Of a DNA stretch of 54,779 nucleotides, positions 9,804 through 18,494 are shown one piece after another. Position 1 is the first letter of the stretch. The number at the start of each line of letters is the position of its first letter. The DNA lies in the IMG/VR virus record IMGVR_UViG_3300046751_000253, positions 1 through 54,779 of that record; one strand, written 5' to 3'. The position numbers were made by a program, and so were the translations under genes. Below the pieces are notes generated by a model. It ran no database searches, was not told where the DNA came from, and worked only from the letters and a program-made list of their open reading frames with translations. This stretch comes from a virus (Duplodnaviria; Caudoviricetes).

Positions 9804-10109
9804 ATGGCTTCAAATATACGTAACGCTTTTGTTACAGGCTCTGGCGCATTGCTAGATTCATTAACCAGTACAACTGTTGCAGATACACGAATCAAAGGTG
9901 TTACCTTTTCTGGTATTGGTACGTTTGTAATTACTGGTTCTCAAACAGATGAGTATGGAAACTTAAAGGGAAACAATATTAAATTTGTGGGTACTTCTGT
10001 AGTAGACGCAAGTGATATTATGATTCCTGACTTTGGTGTTAAAATGTATGGACCAGTAAAAGTTTCTGCGCCTACATCAGCAGCAACAGTAGCAGTTTAC
10101 TATGGCTAA
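9804..10109 (+). CDS. Hypothetical virion protein
   Basis: 101 aa beta-rich ORF, GGAG RBS. Confidence 0.7.
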   Translation: MASNIRNAFVTGSGALLDSLTSTTVADTRIKGVTFSGIGTFVITGSQTDEYGNLKGNNIKFVGTSVVDASDIMIPDFGVKMYGPVKVSAPTSAATVAVYYG

Positions 10110-10758
10110 TTATTCTTACCTTGTAGACGATATTACTCAAGCTGCAGAGAATGATGGAACAGAGTTTGCTAACTATATTCCTAAAATGATTAATCGTGCA
10201 GAAGAGAGACTAACTCGTGACCTTGATGATTACGGGCTGGTGTCTTATACTTCTGTTGCAATTCCTGCAGGTGCTAATCAAGTTACCCTACCTTCTGGTA
10301 CACGTATACTAAAAAACTTTAACATTACTGCAAACTCAACACGAATTAATTTGTTGCCTAGAACCGATGAATACATAAAAGATTATTGGCCTGTTGCAGC
10401 AAGCACAGGTACTCCTCAGTATTATGCTCGTAGAAACAACACAACGGTACTCATTGCACCTACTCCTGTTTCTACCTTTGATGGAGAGATAGTACATATA
10501 TCAAGGCCAACTACTTTAGCAGCAGCTTCACCAAACAATTACTTTTCAGATTTTTGTTATGACGCATTATTTAATGCAAGTATGGTAGAGGCAATGGTAT
10601 TTCAAAAAGATTATAATGCAGTAAATCTATTTGAACAGAGATATATGCAAGCAGTAGCAACATTGCAAAACCAAGCACGTAGAACAAGACGGGATGATAT
10701 GCAAGCTCCTGCAAGTAGAGCAGGTGCAGACAACCCAGTTATAGCAGGGAGTAACTAA
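10102..10758 (+). CDS. Putative head-tail adaptor
   Basis: I..AEERL.RDL, GTPQYYA, IAPTP motifs of podovirus adaptor proteins. Confidence 0.7.
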   Translation: MANYSYLVDDITQAAENDGTEFANYIPKMINRAEERLTRDLDDYGLVSYTSVAIPAGANQVTLPSGTRILKNFNITANSTRINLLPRTDEYIKDYWPVAASTGTPQYYARRNNTTVLIAPTPVSTFDGEIVHISRPTTLAAASPNNYFSDFCYDALFNASMVEAMVFQKDYNAVNLFEQRYMQAVATLQNQARRTRRDDMQAPASRAGADNPVIAGSN

Positions 10759-11858
10759 TGATTAGTAAAGCACTAAAAACAGCAGCAAAGGCACTAACCA
10801 AGAAAAAGGGTAGACCTAAAGTTGACAAGCGAAAAACAAAAGGTAAACGTAAAGCACAATCTGCTGCACGTCAAAAAACATTTCAAGCAAAGCAAACAGA
10901 GGCTGCAGAGAAGGCAGGAACATCGAAAGCTGCTCTCTCGCAGGAACGAGCTATTGAACGTAAATCACAAACTATCCGTAATCAAGATATAGCTGGTACT
11001 ACTAAAACTAATGCTATTAAAATTCTACAGGAAAGCAAAGGCAAACTTACTGCTGCAGAAGCAATTAAAAAGGCAGAGTCTTTAGGTAAAACTAAAATGC
11101 AAAAAGTTATGTCTATGGTTAGGAAAGATACTGCTAGGCAGAAAAGAAAAGGACTTCTTTCAGGTTTGTCTGAAGCTCAAATGAAAGAACGTAGAAATCT
11201 TATTTCTCAAAAGCTAAAAGAAATGAAAACACAAGGCCAAGCTAAAAAAGTAATTGCCGGAAGAACACTTTCTCTTACTCCTGAAGGTGAAAAAATTCTT
11301 AAACAAAAAGGCGGTATTGATAAAATTATTGCTGAGTCTGGACCTACTGGTACTAAGAAAAATAAATACTTGTATGAAGGTGCAAATGAAACTTTACCTG
11401 CAAAAGGTGGTGGCATAGATACCAAAGGTAAGACAGGTAAAGAAGCTAGCGAAATGAAACGTAAAGCTTATCAGTCTATGTCTAAAGGTGAGAAGTTAGA
11501 ATTTATTCGTAAGCAGTTTGCACGAGGTTATACTAATAAACAGCTTGAAGACATTATGTATAAGCCTAAAACTGCAAGTCAAAAGAAAGCCAAAGCAAGT
11601 ATTATTCAACGAATGAAGACTGCTAAAAACCAAGGCTATCCTTTTAAGACACAAAGAGAAAAAGGATTTGATAAAAAATCTTTTGATGACATTATGAAAA
11701 GTTTTGGTACTGGTAAAAGTACAGCAGGTATTGTAGCTAATACTCCTGTAGGTAGAAAAGCAGGAGGTACAGTAGGTACAAAGAAATCAAAAACAAGTCC
11801 TCGTGGTTGCGGTAAAGCATTGCGTGGTTATGGTAAAGCAATGAAAGGAAAAATGTAA
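10758..11858 (+). CDS. Lys-rich basic protein, putative internal/DNA-binding
   Basis: 366 aa, very K/R-rich, C-terminal RKAGGTVG...RGCGKALRGYGKAM. Confidence 0.75.
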   Translation: MISKALKTAAKALTKKKGRPKVDKRKTKGKRKAQSAARQKTFQAKQTEAAEKAGTSKAALSQERAIERKSQTIRNQDIAGTTKTNAIKILQESKGKLTAAEAIKKAESLGKTKMQKVMSMVRKDTARQKRKGLLSGLSEAQMKERRNLISQKLKEMKTQGQAKKVIAGRTLSLTPEGEKILKQKGGIDKIIAESGPTGTKKNKYLYEGANETLPAKGGGIDTKGKTGKEASEMKRKAYQSMSKGEKLEFIRKQFARGYTNKQLEDIMYKPKTASQKKAKASIIQRMKTAKNQGYPFKTQREKGFDKKSFDDIMKSFGTGKSTAGIVANTPVGRKAGGTVGTKKSKTSPRGCGKALRGYGKAMKGKM

Positions 11859-13108
11859 TGGCTATTCCATTAATTCTAGCATTAGGTGGTACTGTAGTAC
11901 GAGCAGTTGCTCCACGAGTAATACAACAACTAATGCGTCAAGGAGCAAAACGAGCTACCACACAGCAAATTAAAAAGGCAGGTGGTGAAAAGGGTATGTC
12001 TACTATTACTTCGGTAAAGCAAGCAAAGAACTTAAAACCTACTCGTCCAAGTTTAAAGCCTTCAACTAAAGTTGTAAAACCTAAATCAGGTATAACTTCT
12101 CAACAAAGAAGTGCATTATCCGATATGGGTGGACAAACTGTTAAGCTATCTAAGCCTACAGGCGGTGCAGGTAGAGCTAACTTAAAACCTAAAGCTCCTT
12201 CAATGAAGCCTACAACACCTTCAATGAAACCTAAGAGTCCTTCTATGAAGCCTCAACGTCCTTCATTAAAACCTAAACCTAAAGTTGTAAAACCTAGAGT
12301 ATCCGCACCGAAAGCTCCACCTTCACGTCCTTCAGTTCCATCAGGTGGTTCTCGTTTTACAGGATTTCCTCGTAGACCTACACCACCTAAAGCTCCACCT
12401 TCACGTCCTATTTCAAGGACACAACGTGCAGCAAATGTAGGTAAAGCTGCAGTAGCTTCAGGAGTAGCTGCATCAATGATACCTAATAAAAAAGAAGGAC
12501 CTAAAACATCTAAAGCAGCAATACCCACACCTAAACCACGTCCTAAAACTAAAGAGGGTGGTCCGGGTCGTAAGTTCGCTAAACCTTCTGAGGGTAAAGA
12601 CCCACGGGGTAATCAGATTAAAGCTACTCCGGGTAAAATGATTATGCCTAAGAAGTTTGACGGTGGTTACAACTCAAAGACACAAAAGCTTGTTAACATT
12701 ACTGTTGATGGTAAAAAAGCTACCTATGAAATTCCAAAGGGTATGACAACTAAACAAGCTAAAAGTCTTTTAACTAGTACTGCTAAAAAGAAAGCAGGTG
12801 GTACACCGGGCAAGTATAAAATGAAACCAGCACCTATGCCTAAAATACCACCACGTAAAAAGAAACCGGGTTTTAAAGCGAAACCAGCACCTATGCCTAA
12901 AATACCACCACGTAATCCTGAATTTAAAGGTAAGCCAGCAATTAAAAAAACGCCTACAAAATTAAAAGGATTTTCTAAACTACCAGAAAAGGTACAAAAG
13001 AAAATAAGTCCTAAACTTGCTGCTAAATACGAAACAGGTGGTTCAATTAAGTCTGGGGTTGCACGTCAAGTAAAAGGTTTTGGAGCAGCACGAAGACCTA
13101 AAAAATAA
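11858..13108 (+). CDS. Pro/Lys-rich repetitive basic protein (histone-H1-like composition)
   Basis: 416 aa with PS(L/M)KP, PKAPPSRP and KPAPMPKIPPR repeats; YETGGSI...KGFGAA tail. Confidence 0.8.
   Translation: MAIPLILALGGTVVRAVAPRVIQQLMRQGAKRATTQQIKKAGGEKGMSTITSVKQAKNLKPTRPSLKPSTKVVKPKSGITSQQRSALSDMGGQTVKLSKPTGGAGRANLKPKAPSMKPTTPSMKPKSPSMKPQRPSLKPKPKVVKPRVSAPKAPPSRPSVPSGGSRFTGFPRRPTPPKAPPSRPISRTQRAANVGKAAVASGVAASMIPNKKEGPKTSKAAIPTPKPRPKTKEGGPGRKFAKPSEGKDPRGNQIKATPGKMIMPKKFDGGYNSKTQKLVNITVDGKKATYEIPKGMTTKQAKSLLTSTAKKKAGGTPGKYKMKPAPMPKIPPRKKKPGFKAKPAPMPKIPPRNPEFKGKPAIKKTPTKLKGFSKLPEKVQKKISPKLAAKYETGGSIKSGVARQVKGFGAARRPKK
12823..12915 (+). repeat. 36-bp intragenic direct repeat (12823-12858, 12880-12915)
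   Basis: gaaaccagcacctatgcctaaaataccaccacgtaa occurs twice, period 57 bp. Confidence 0.9.
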
Positions 13109-13124
13109 AGAGAAGGGCAGGTAA

Positions 13125-13439
13125 ATGAAAAAACCTACTAAGTCTCGTAATCCTGTAGCTAAGTCTTTAGCTAATAGATTATATCAACCTAAAGTAGTAA
13201 AACCTAAAAAAGGTAAAGGCTCTTACACCCGTAAAGGTGTGAGGGCTTTAGCCTCTGGTGGTAAGCCCAAATCTACAGTAAACAAAGCAGGTAATTATAC
13301 TAAACCTACTATGCGTAAAAAATTATTTGAACGTATTAAGGCAGGAAGTAGGGGTGGTGCTTCAGGTCAATGGAGTGCTCGTAAAGCTCAGATGCTAGCC
13401 CAAGCTTATAAAAAAGCAGGTGGTGGTTATAAAGACTAA
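13125..13439 (+). CDS. ArfA-like N-terminus fused to N-half of a DUF5872-like domain
   Basis: NPVAKSL...KKGKGSYTRKG, then ALASGG, then YTKP.MRK...GG..GQWSARKAQMLA..YKKAGGGY. Confidence 0.7.
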   Translation: MKKPTKSRNPVAKSLANRLYQPKVVKPKKGKGSYTRKGVRALASGGKPKSTVNKAGNYTKPTMRKKLFERIKAGSRGGASGQWSARKAQMLAQAYKKAGGGYKD

Positions 13440-13867
13440 TGCCAGCTAAGTTAAGTGAAAATACTGAACTACAAATGCCGTTGAGGAATATTATCTCAAT
13501 GGTTATTGCTACATCTGTAGCTACGTGGGCATATTTTGGTTTAACTGAAAAAATTACTTCACTACAAACAAACGTAACTATGATGCAAGCAGACTTAGAA
13601 CAAAATACTGACTTTCGTATTAAGTGGCCTCGTGGTGAGATGGGTAGTTTACCAGCAGATAATGAACAGTTTATGTTGATTGAACATATAGCTAGTGAGT
13701 TAGAAAAGTTAGCAACAGAAATAGAAGAAGGTAGAGCACCTTACGACCAACAACAAAAATTAACATTAGAGTTTTATGAAAAGCGGATAGCAAGTCTTGA
13801 AGAGCAAATTGAAAAATTAAAAGATGCTCAAATGGAAATGACATATAGGAATATATTAAATGATTGA
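13439..13867 (+). CDS. Membrane-anchored coiled-coil protein
   Basis: N-terminal TM (IISMVIATSVATWAYFGL) then coiled coil. Confidence 0.75.
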   Translation: MPAKLSENTELQMPLRNIISMVIATSVATWAYFGLTEKITSLQTNVTMMQADLEQNTDFRIKWPRGEMGSLPADNEQFMLIEHIASELEKLATEIEEGRAPYDQQQKLTLEFYEKRIASLEEQIEKLKDAQMEMTYRNILND

Positions 13868-14078
13868 AACAATAATGGTGTTGCTTTTATATGTCTCAGG
13901 AGATATAATAGAATATAAAGGTTATGATAATATTTCTGACTGTCTATCTACTAAACGTGAGATAGAAAGAAATGTAGGTGAGCATTTAAAAAGTGCAAGA
14001 TATGCTTGTGAAATGCGTAAGGTAGAACTAGATAAAAACTCTGAAGGTAAATATTTTGTTGTGAATATTGTGGAGTAA
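13860..14078 (+). CDS. Small hypothetical protein
   Basis: 72 aa, hydrophobic N-terminus, two Cys. Confidence 0.65.
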   Translation: MIETIMVLLLYVSGDIIEYKGYDNISDCLSTKREIERNVGEHLKSARYACEMRKVELDKNSEGKYFVVNIVE

Positions 14079-14081
14079 AAA

Positions 14082-14519
14082 ATGTTAGCAGAAATAGCCG
14101 CAGCCAATGCCGCATTTGCAGTAATTAAAACGGCTATTAGTAATGGACGTGAGATTGCAGATGTAGCAGGAAAAGTAGGTGAGTATGTTAATGCAACAGA
14201 AAGCTTACGAAGAAAAGCAGACAAAAAGAAAAGACGTACAGGCTCTGCAGATTTAGAAGAGTTTATGCATCTTGAAAAACTAAAACAACAGGAAGAAGAA
14301 TTAAAACAATTAATGATATATACTGGTAGACCGGGGCTATGGCATGATTGGATTAGATTTCAAGCACAAGCAAGAAAGCAACGGATGCTAGAGGCAGCAG
14401 CAAGAAAAAAACAAATTAAACAATTAATAGAAACTTTAACTATTAGTAGTATTTTAATTGTAGGGTTCTTTGGATTAGCATTAATTGTTTGGTGGGCTTT
14501 TTATCTAAAGTCATTGTAA
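14082..14519 (+). CDS. Coiled-coil protein with C-terminal TM helix
   Basis: MLAEIAAANAAF...; C-terminal ILIVGFFGLALIVWWAF. Confidence 0.75.
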   Translation: MLAEIAAANAAFAVIKTAISNGREIADVAGKVGEYVNATESLRRKADKKKRRTGSADLEEFMHLEKLKQQEEELKQLMIYTGRPGLWHDWIRFQAQARKQRMLEAAARKKQIKQLIETLTISSILIVGFFGLALIVWWAFYLKSL

Positions 14520-14542
14520 ATATAAACATTTAGTGATATAAT
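14514..14542 (+). promoter_or_regulatory. sigma70-like promoter with extended -10
   Basis: TTGTAA-17-TATAAT with TGn. Confidence 0.65.
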
Positions 14543-14552
14543 AGGAACTATC

Positions 14553-14813
14553 ATGGCATTAAAGAAATCACAAAGGAGCTTAAAGGCTTGGACAAAACAA
14601 AAGTGGAGAACCAAGAGTGGTAAGCCCTCTACACAAGGTTCAAAGGCTACGGGTGAACGCTATCTCCCAGCAAAGGCAATTAAAGCGTTATCCCCAAAAG
14701 AATATGCTAAGACTACGGCAGCTAAAAGAAAAGGAACAGCAAAGGGAAAGCAGTTCGTTAAGCAACCTAAGACTGTCGCAAAGAAAGTCAAACGGTATAG
14801 GAAGGTAAAGTAA
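14553..14813 (+). CDS. Basic protein, C-half of a DUF5872-like domain
   Basis: QRSLKAWTKQKW.TKSG...ERYLPAKAI..LS..E...T...KR.G...GKQFV. Confidence 0.7.
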   Translation: MALKKSQRSLKAWTKQKWRTKSGKPSTQGSKATGERYLPAKAIKALSPKEYAKTTAAKRKGTAKGKQFVKQPKTVAKKVKRYRKVK

Positions 14814-15175
14814 TGGCTACTAAAAGTAAATATCCCGGAGTAAAAAGATTACCATCAGGAAGGATTGAATATCGTGGTACAACATTTGCAGGATTTAATA
14901 AACCTCGTAAATCAACTCGTCCAGAAAAGAAAGGGATGGTTCTTGCAAAAGAGGGAGATACAGTTAGAGTTATTCACTTTGGACAAAAAGGATATGGTCA
15001 TAACTATTCTGATACGGCACGTAAGTCTTTTAAGTCTAGGCATGGTAAGAATATTAAAAAGGGTAAACTATCTGCTGCTTACTGGGCTGATAAAGTTTTG
15101 TGGGCTGGTAAGAGTGGGAGCAAGAAAAGCCCACCAAAAACTCAGAAGCATAAGAAACTAGGAAGGAAATCATAA
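14813..15175 (+). CDS. Conserved basic phage protein
   Basis: VIHFGQ.G...ARKSFKSRH...LSAAYWADKVLW. Confidence 0.75.
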   Translation: MATKSKYPGVKRLPSGRIEYRGTTFAGFNKPRKSTRPEKKGMVLAKEGDTVRVIHFGQKGYGHNYSDTARKSFKSRHGKNIKKGKLSAAYWADKVLWAGKSGSKKSPPKTQKHKKLGRKS

Positions 15176-15483
15176 TGGCTACTAAGTATGATAAAATGAC
15201 AACTGCACAGTTAAAATCTATTTTAAAAAAGAATGGTATTAATTTTCCAACTAAAGGAATAGATAAAGATACATTAGCTGATGCAGTACATCAGTTTGAT
15301 ACTTCTGGTATGGTAAAAAAATTAGCAGGTGGTTCAGTAGGTAGAGCAAACTATATGGATAAGAAAAAGCCAAAAGAAAAGCCTATGTATGACCCACGTA
15401 AGACTACAGTAAAACCTAAGAAAAAAACTGTTAAGAAAAAAGCTGGTGGTTCAATTGGATGCTCTCATAACAGGCTTTATTAA
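15175..15483 (+). CDS. HeH/LEM/SAP-like basic protein
   Basis: MTTAQLKSILKKNGINFP...KDTL; two AGGS(V/I)G motifs; ends SHNRLY. Confidence 0.65.
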   Translation: MATKYDKMTTAQLKSILKKNGINFPTKGIDKDTLADAVHQFDTSGMVKKLAGGSVGRANYMDKKKPKEKPMYDPRKTTVKPKKKTVKKKAGGSIGCSHNRLY

Positions 15484-15575
15484 TGGCTATAAATCGTTCA
15501 TCCGTTGGGCAACAAATAACCAAACCCGGAAAGAAAAAAAGAAAATCAAAGCCCGTAAAAAGAAAGGGTAAATAA
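15483..15575 (+). CDS. 30-aa basic peptide resembling the MCP N-terminus (below ORF-track cutoff)
   Basis: MAINRSSVGQQITKPGKKKRKSKPVKRKGK; TAATG-coupled and fills the gap to 15578. Confidence 0.7.
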   Translation: MAINRSSVGQQITKPGKKKRKSKPVKRKGK

Positions 15576-15577
15576 GT

Positions 15578-16249
15578 ATGGCTACTTCAGGTACATATAA
15601 CTTCAATATGGATATAGACGAAGTTATCCAAGAAGCAACAGAAATGATAGGTGGTGAGCAGACACTAGGACATGAACCTAAGTCTGCCCGTAGGTCTATT
15701 AATCTATTGCTACAAGATTGGCAAAACCGTGGTGTAATGCTATGGACTGCTAATACTTCTGCAGTTACACTTACAACTAGTGTTACTACTTTTACTTTGT
15801 CTTCTGCAACTATTGATGTGCTTGAAGCTGTACATAATCGTGACGATAGAGACATTCAACTTGAACGTATCTCTATGCAGGAATATCTTAAAATCCCTAA
15901 CAAAAGCCAGACAGGACGTACTACTCAGTATGCAGTGAGACATGAACGTGGTAATCCTGTTGTGCATCTTTGGCCTATTCCAGAAAACTCTACTGACCAA
16001 GTTAAACTAGAACTAGTATCTTACATGGAAGATGTAAATAAATCTGCAATCCAAAATGCAGATATTTCTCGTAGGTTCTTACCTTGTCTAACTGCAGGAT
16101 TAGCTTACTATATGTCTATGAAACGTCCTAATGTAGAAGCAGGACGTATTACTATGATTAAACAAGAATATGAAGAAAGACTACAACGTGCTATGGACGA
16201 AGATAGAGAACGAGTTAGTATTTTCTTAAAGCCAAGAGTTATGGTATAA
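15578..16249 (+). CDS. Second adaptor/tail-tubular-like protein
   Basis: MATSGT..F, ARRSINLL..WQNRG, IPNK.Q.GR.TQY, LWPIP, RFLPCL.AGLAYY. Confidence 0.75.
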   Translation: MATSGTYNFNMDIDEVIQEATEMIGGEQTLGHEPKSARRSINLLLQDWQNRGVMLWTANTSAVTLTTSVTTFTLSSATIDVLEAVHNRDDRDIQLERISMQEYLKIPNKSQTGRTTQYAVRHERGNPVVHLWPIPENSTDQVKLELVSYMEDVNKSAIQNADISRRFLPCLTAGLAYYMSMKRPNVEAGRITMIKQEYEERLQRAMDEDRERVSIFLKPRVMV

Positions 16250-16533
16250 TGTCTACAGCAGGAAGAAAAAATGTACTTGCAATCTGCGATACTTGTGGAT
16301 TTAGGTATAAACTAAATCAACTAAAAAAGAATAGCATGGGCATGATGCAGTGTCCTACAGATTATGATGGTTCTTATGATTTAAAAAGCCATCCTCAGAA
16401 TAAATCTCCTAGAATTGAGGAAAGACATTTTATTCGTGATGCAAGACCTGAAGGCGATGGTGGTATAAATTTACAATGGCATCAAGCCACTACACAATGG
16501 AACAATAACTTAAAGTATTGGAATTTGATATAA
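16249..16533 (+). CDS. Small Zn-ribbon-like protein
   Basis: AICDTCGFRY...CPTDYD...HPQ...DARP. Confidence 0.7.
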   Translation: MSTAGRKNVLAICDTCGFRYKLNQLKKNSMGMMQCPTDYDGSYDLKSHPQNKSPRIEERHFIRDARPEGDGGINLQWHQATTQWNNNLKYWNLI

Positions 16534-18476
16534 TGAGTTTAACAGGAAAACAAATAGCAAATTCATATCTTGATTTGCTTCAAATGAATAACAATAATGC
16601 AGGTGTTCCAGCAGGTACACCTATTACTGTACGTGATGGTAATGGTAATGCTACACCTTTACAGCTTTCTCAAGGCACTGTTAATATTAATGGTAACTTT
16701 CAATATAATGGTATATCTCTTACTACTAATGTTTCTGGTCTTAATGCAGCAGCTACAGGTTCTTCTCTTGTAACTGGTATTGTTGCAGAAGACGGTAGTA
16801 CAAAATTTGGTAGAACTCTTACTGCTTCTACAGGTGTAACAATTACAAATGCAGACGGTACTGCAGGTAATCCTACATTTGCAATTGAAAATACTTCTGT
16901 ATCTGCAGGTTCATATGGTCCTATGAATACCATTACTGTAGACGCACAAGGTCGTATTACAGATGTAAGTGCAACAACAACTATTTCTGCTAATGCTTTT
17001 ATTGGCGGTACTCTTTCTGGTTCTTCTCTTTATGTAGAAAATAATGTATCTGTTTCAGGTACAATGGAAATCGCAGGTAATACTAATATTTCTGGTACAG
17101 TTTCTATTGCAGGAAGTACATCTATAGGTGGTAATTTACAAGTAGGTGGTAATTTTGGTGTATCTGGTTCAACAAGTATTTCAGGTAAACTTACAGTAGA
17201 AAACATTGTAACAAGTGTTGTTAGTGCCACATTCTTATATGGAGATGGTTCTAATATTACTGGTCTTGCAGGTGCAGGTACAATGACTGCACTAAATACT
17301 GGAACAGGTATACACTTAACAGAAAACGGTGTAACAACTACTGGTATTACAGGTTCAGGTACAGTTGCTCTTAATACTAATCAAACATTTGGCACAGTAA
17401 GTGCAACATCTTTTGTAATTGGTGGAGACAATGTTGCAATGTCTGCAACTGTTGCAAGTCTTTCTGCAACTATGGCAACCAGCATTGACAACTCAAACAC
17501 TCTTATTGCTGCAGTGTCTGCTTTAACATCTGTTAATGCTGCTGCAGTTACAAGTATAAACTCAGTTGTAGGTACATTATCTGCAACGATGGCTACTTCA
17601 ATTGATAATTCTAATACTAATATTGCTGCTGTAAGTGCTCTTACTTCTGTCAATGCCGCAGCTATTACTTCTATTAATACAATTGTAGGTTCAGGTGACT
17701 TTGCTACTTCAGCAACTGTAGCTGCTCTATCAGCAACTATGGCTACTTCTATTAATAATAGTAATACTAATATTACTACTAATGCTAATGCTATTACTTC
17801 TATAAATACAGTTGTAGGAAATAATACAACAAATATTGCTGCAGTTAGTGTTTTAACATCTGTTAATTCTGCAGCGATTACTTCTGTTAATTCTGTAGTT
17901 GGTACTAATACAAATGCAATAACATCTATTAATACTGTTGTAACAAATCTTTCTGCAACAATGGCAACTAGTATTTCTAATCAAGCAACTAATATTACTG
18001 CCTTATCTGCAACAATGGCAACAAGTATAAATAATACAAATACTAACTTGACAGCAGTGTCTGCATATGCTACAAGTATTACACAGGCTTTATCTGCAAC
18101 GATGGCAACTAGTATTAGTAATCATTTACCATTGGCAGGTGGAACTTTAACAGGTGGTATTATTGCTTCTACACATACCGTATCTGCCAATGCAACAACT
18201 ACTCCTGACTTTGGTACATATACTAATTTTGTCTGGACGTTAGATGGTAATTTGACATTGGGTAATGCAACAACAGAAGCAGGTGGTATGGGTGGTACAT
18301 TTGTATTTATACAAGACAGTACAGGTAGTAGAACATTGTCAGTAGGTAGTGAATATAAAACAGTAGGTGGAAGTATTACACTTTCAACAGCAGCCAACTC
18401 AGTAGATGTTGTACCTTACTTTGTACAAGTAACAGGTACGGTTCTTCTTGGCGCACCTTCTCTAGCCTTATCTTAA
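16533..18476 (+). CDS. Ser/Thr-rich tail fibre with repetitive coiled-coil stalk
   Basis: GSYG...ITVDAQGRIT fibre motif, six LSATMATSI repeats, LPLAGGTLTG, C-terminal QD.TGSRTL domain. Confidence 0.8.
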   Translation: MSLTGKQIANSYLDLLQMNNNNAGVPAGTPITVRDGNGNATPLQLSQGTVNINGNFQYNGISLTTNVSGLNAAATGSSLVTGIVAEDGSTKFGRTLTASTGVTITNADGTAGNPTFAIENTSVSAGSYGPMNTITVDAQGRITDVSATTTISANAFIGGTLSGSSLYVENNVSVSGTMEIAGNTNISGTVSIAGSTSIGGNLQVGGNFGVSGSTSISGKLTVENIVTSVVSATFLYGDGSNITGLAGAGTMTALNTGTGIHLTENGVTTTGITGSGTVALNTNQTFGTVSATSFVIGGDNVAMSATVASLSATMATSIDNSNTLIAAVSALTSVNAAAVTSINSVVGTLSATMATSIDNSNTNIAAVSALTSVNAAAITSINTIVGSGDFATSATVAALSATMATSINNSNTNITTNANAITSINTVVGNNTTNIAAVSVLTSVNSAAITSVNSVVGTNTNAITSINTVVTNLSATMATSISNQATNITALSATMATSINNTNTNLTAVSAYATSITQALSATMATSISNHLPLAGGTLTGGIIASTHTVSANATTTPDFGTYTNFVWTLDGNLTLGNATTEAGGMGGTFVFIQDSTGSRTLSVGSEYKTVGGSITLSTAANSVDVVPYFVQVTGTVLLGAPSLALS

Positions 18477-18494
18477 TTATCGGAGTTATATAGT

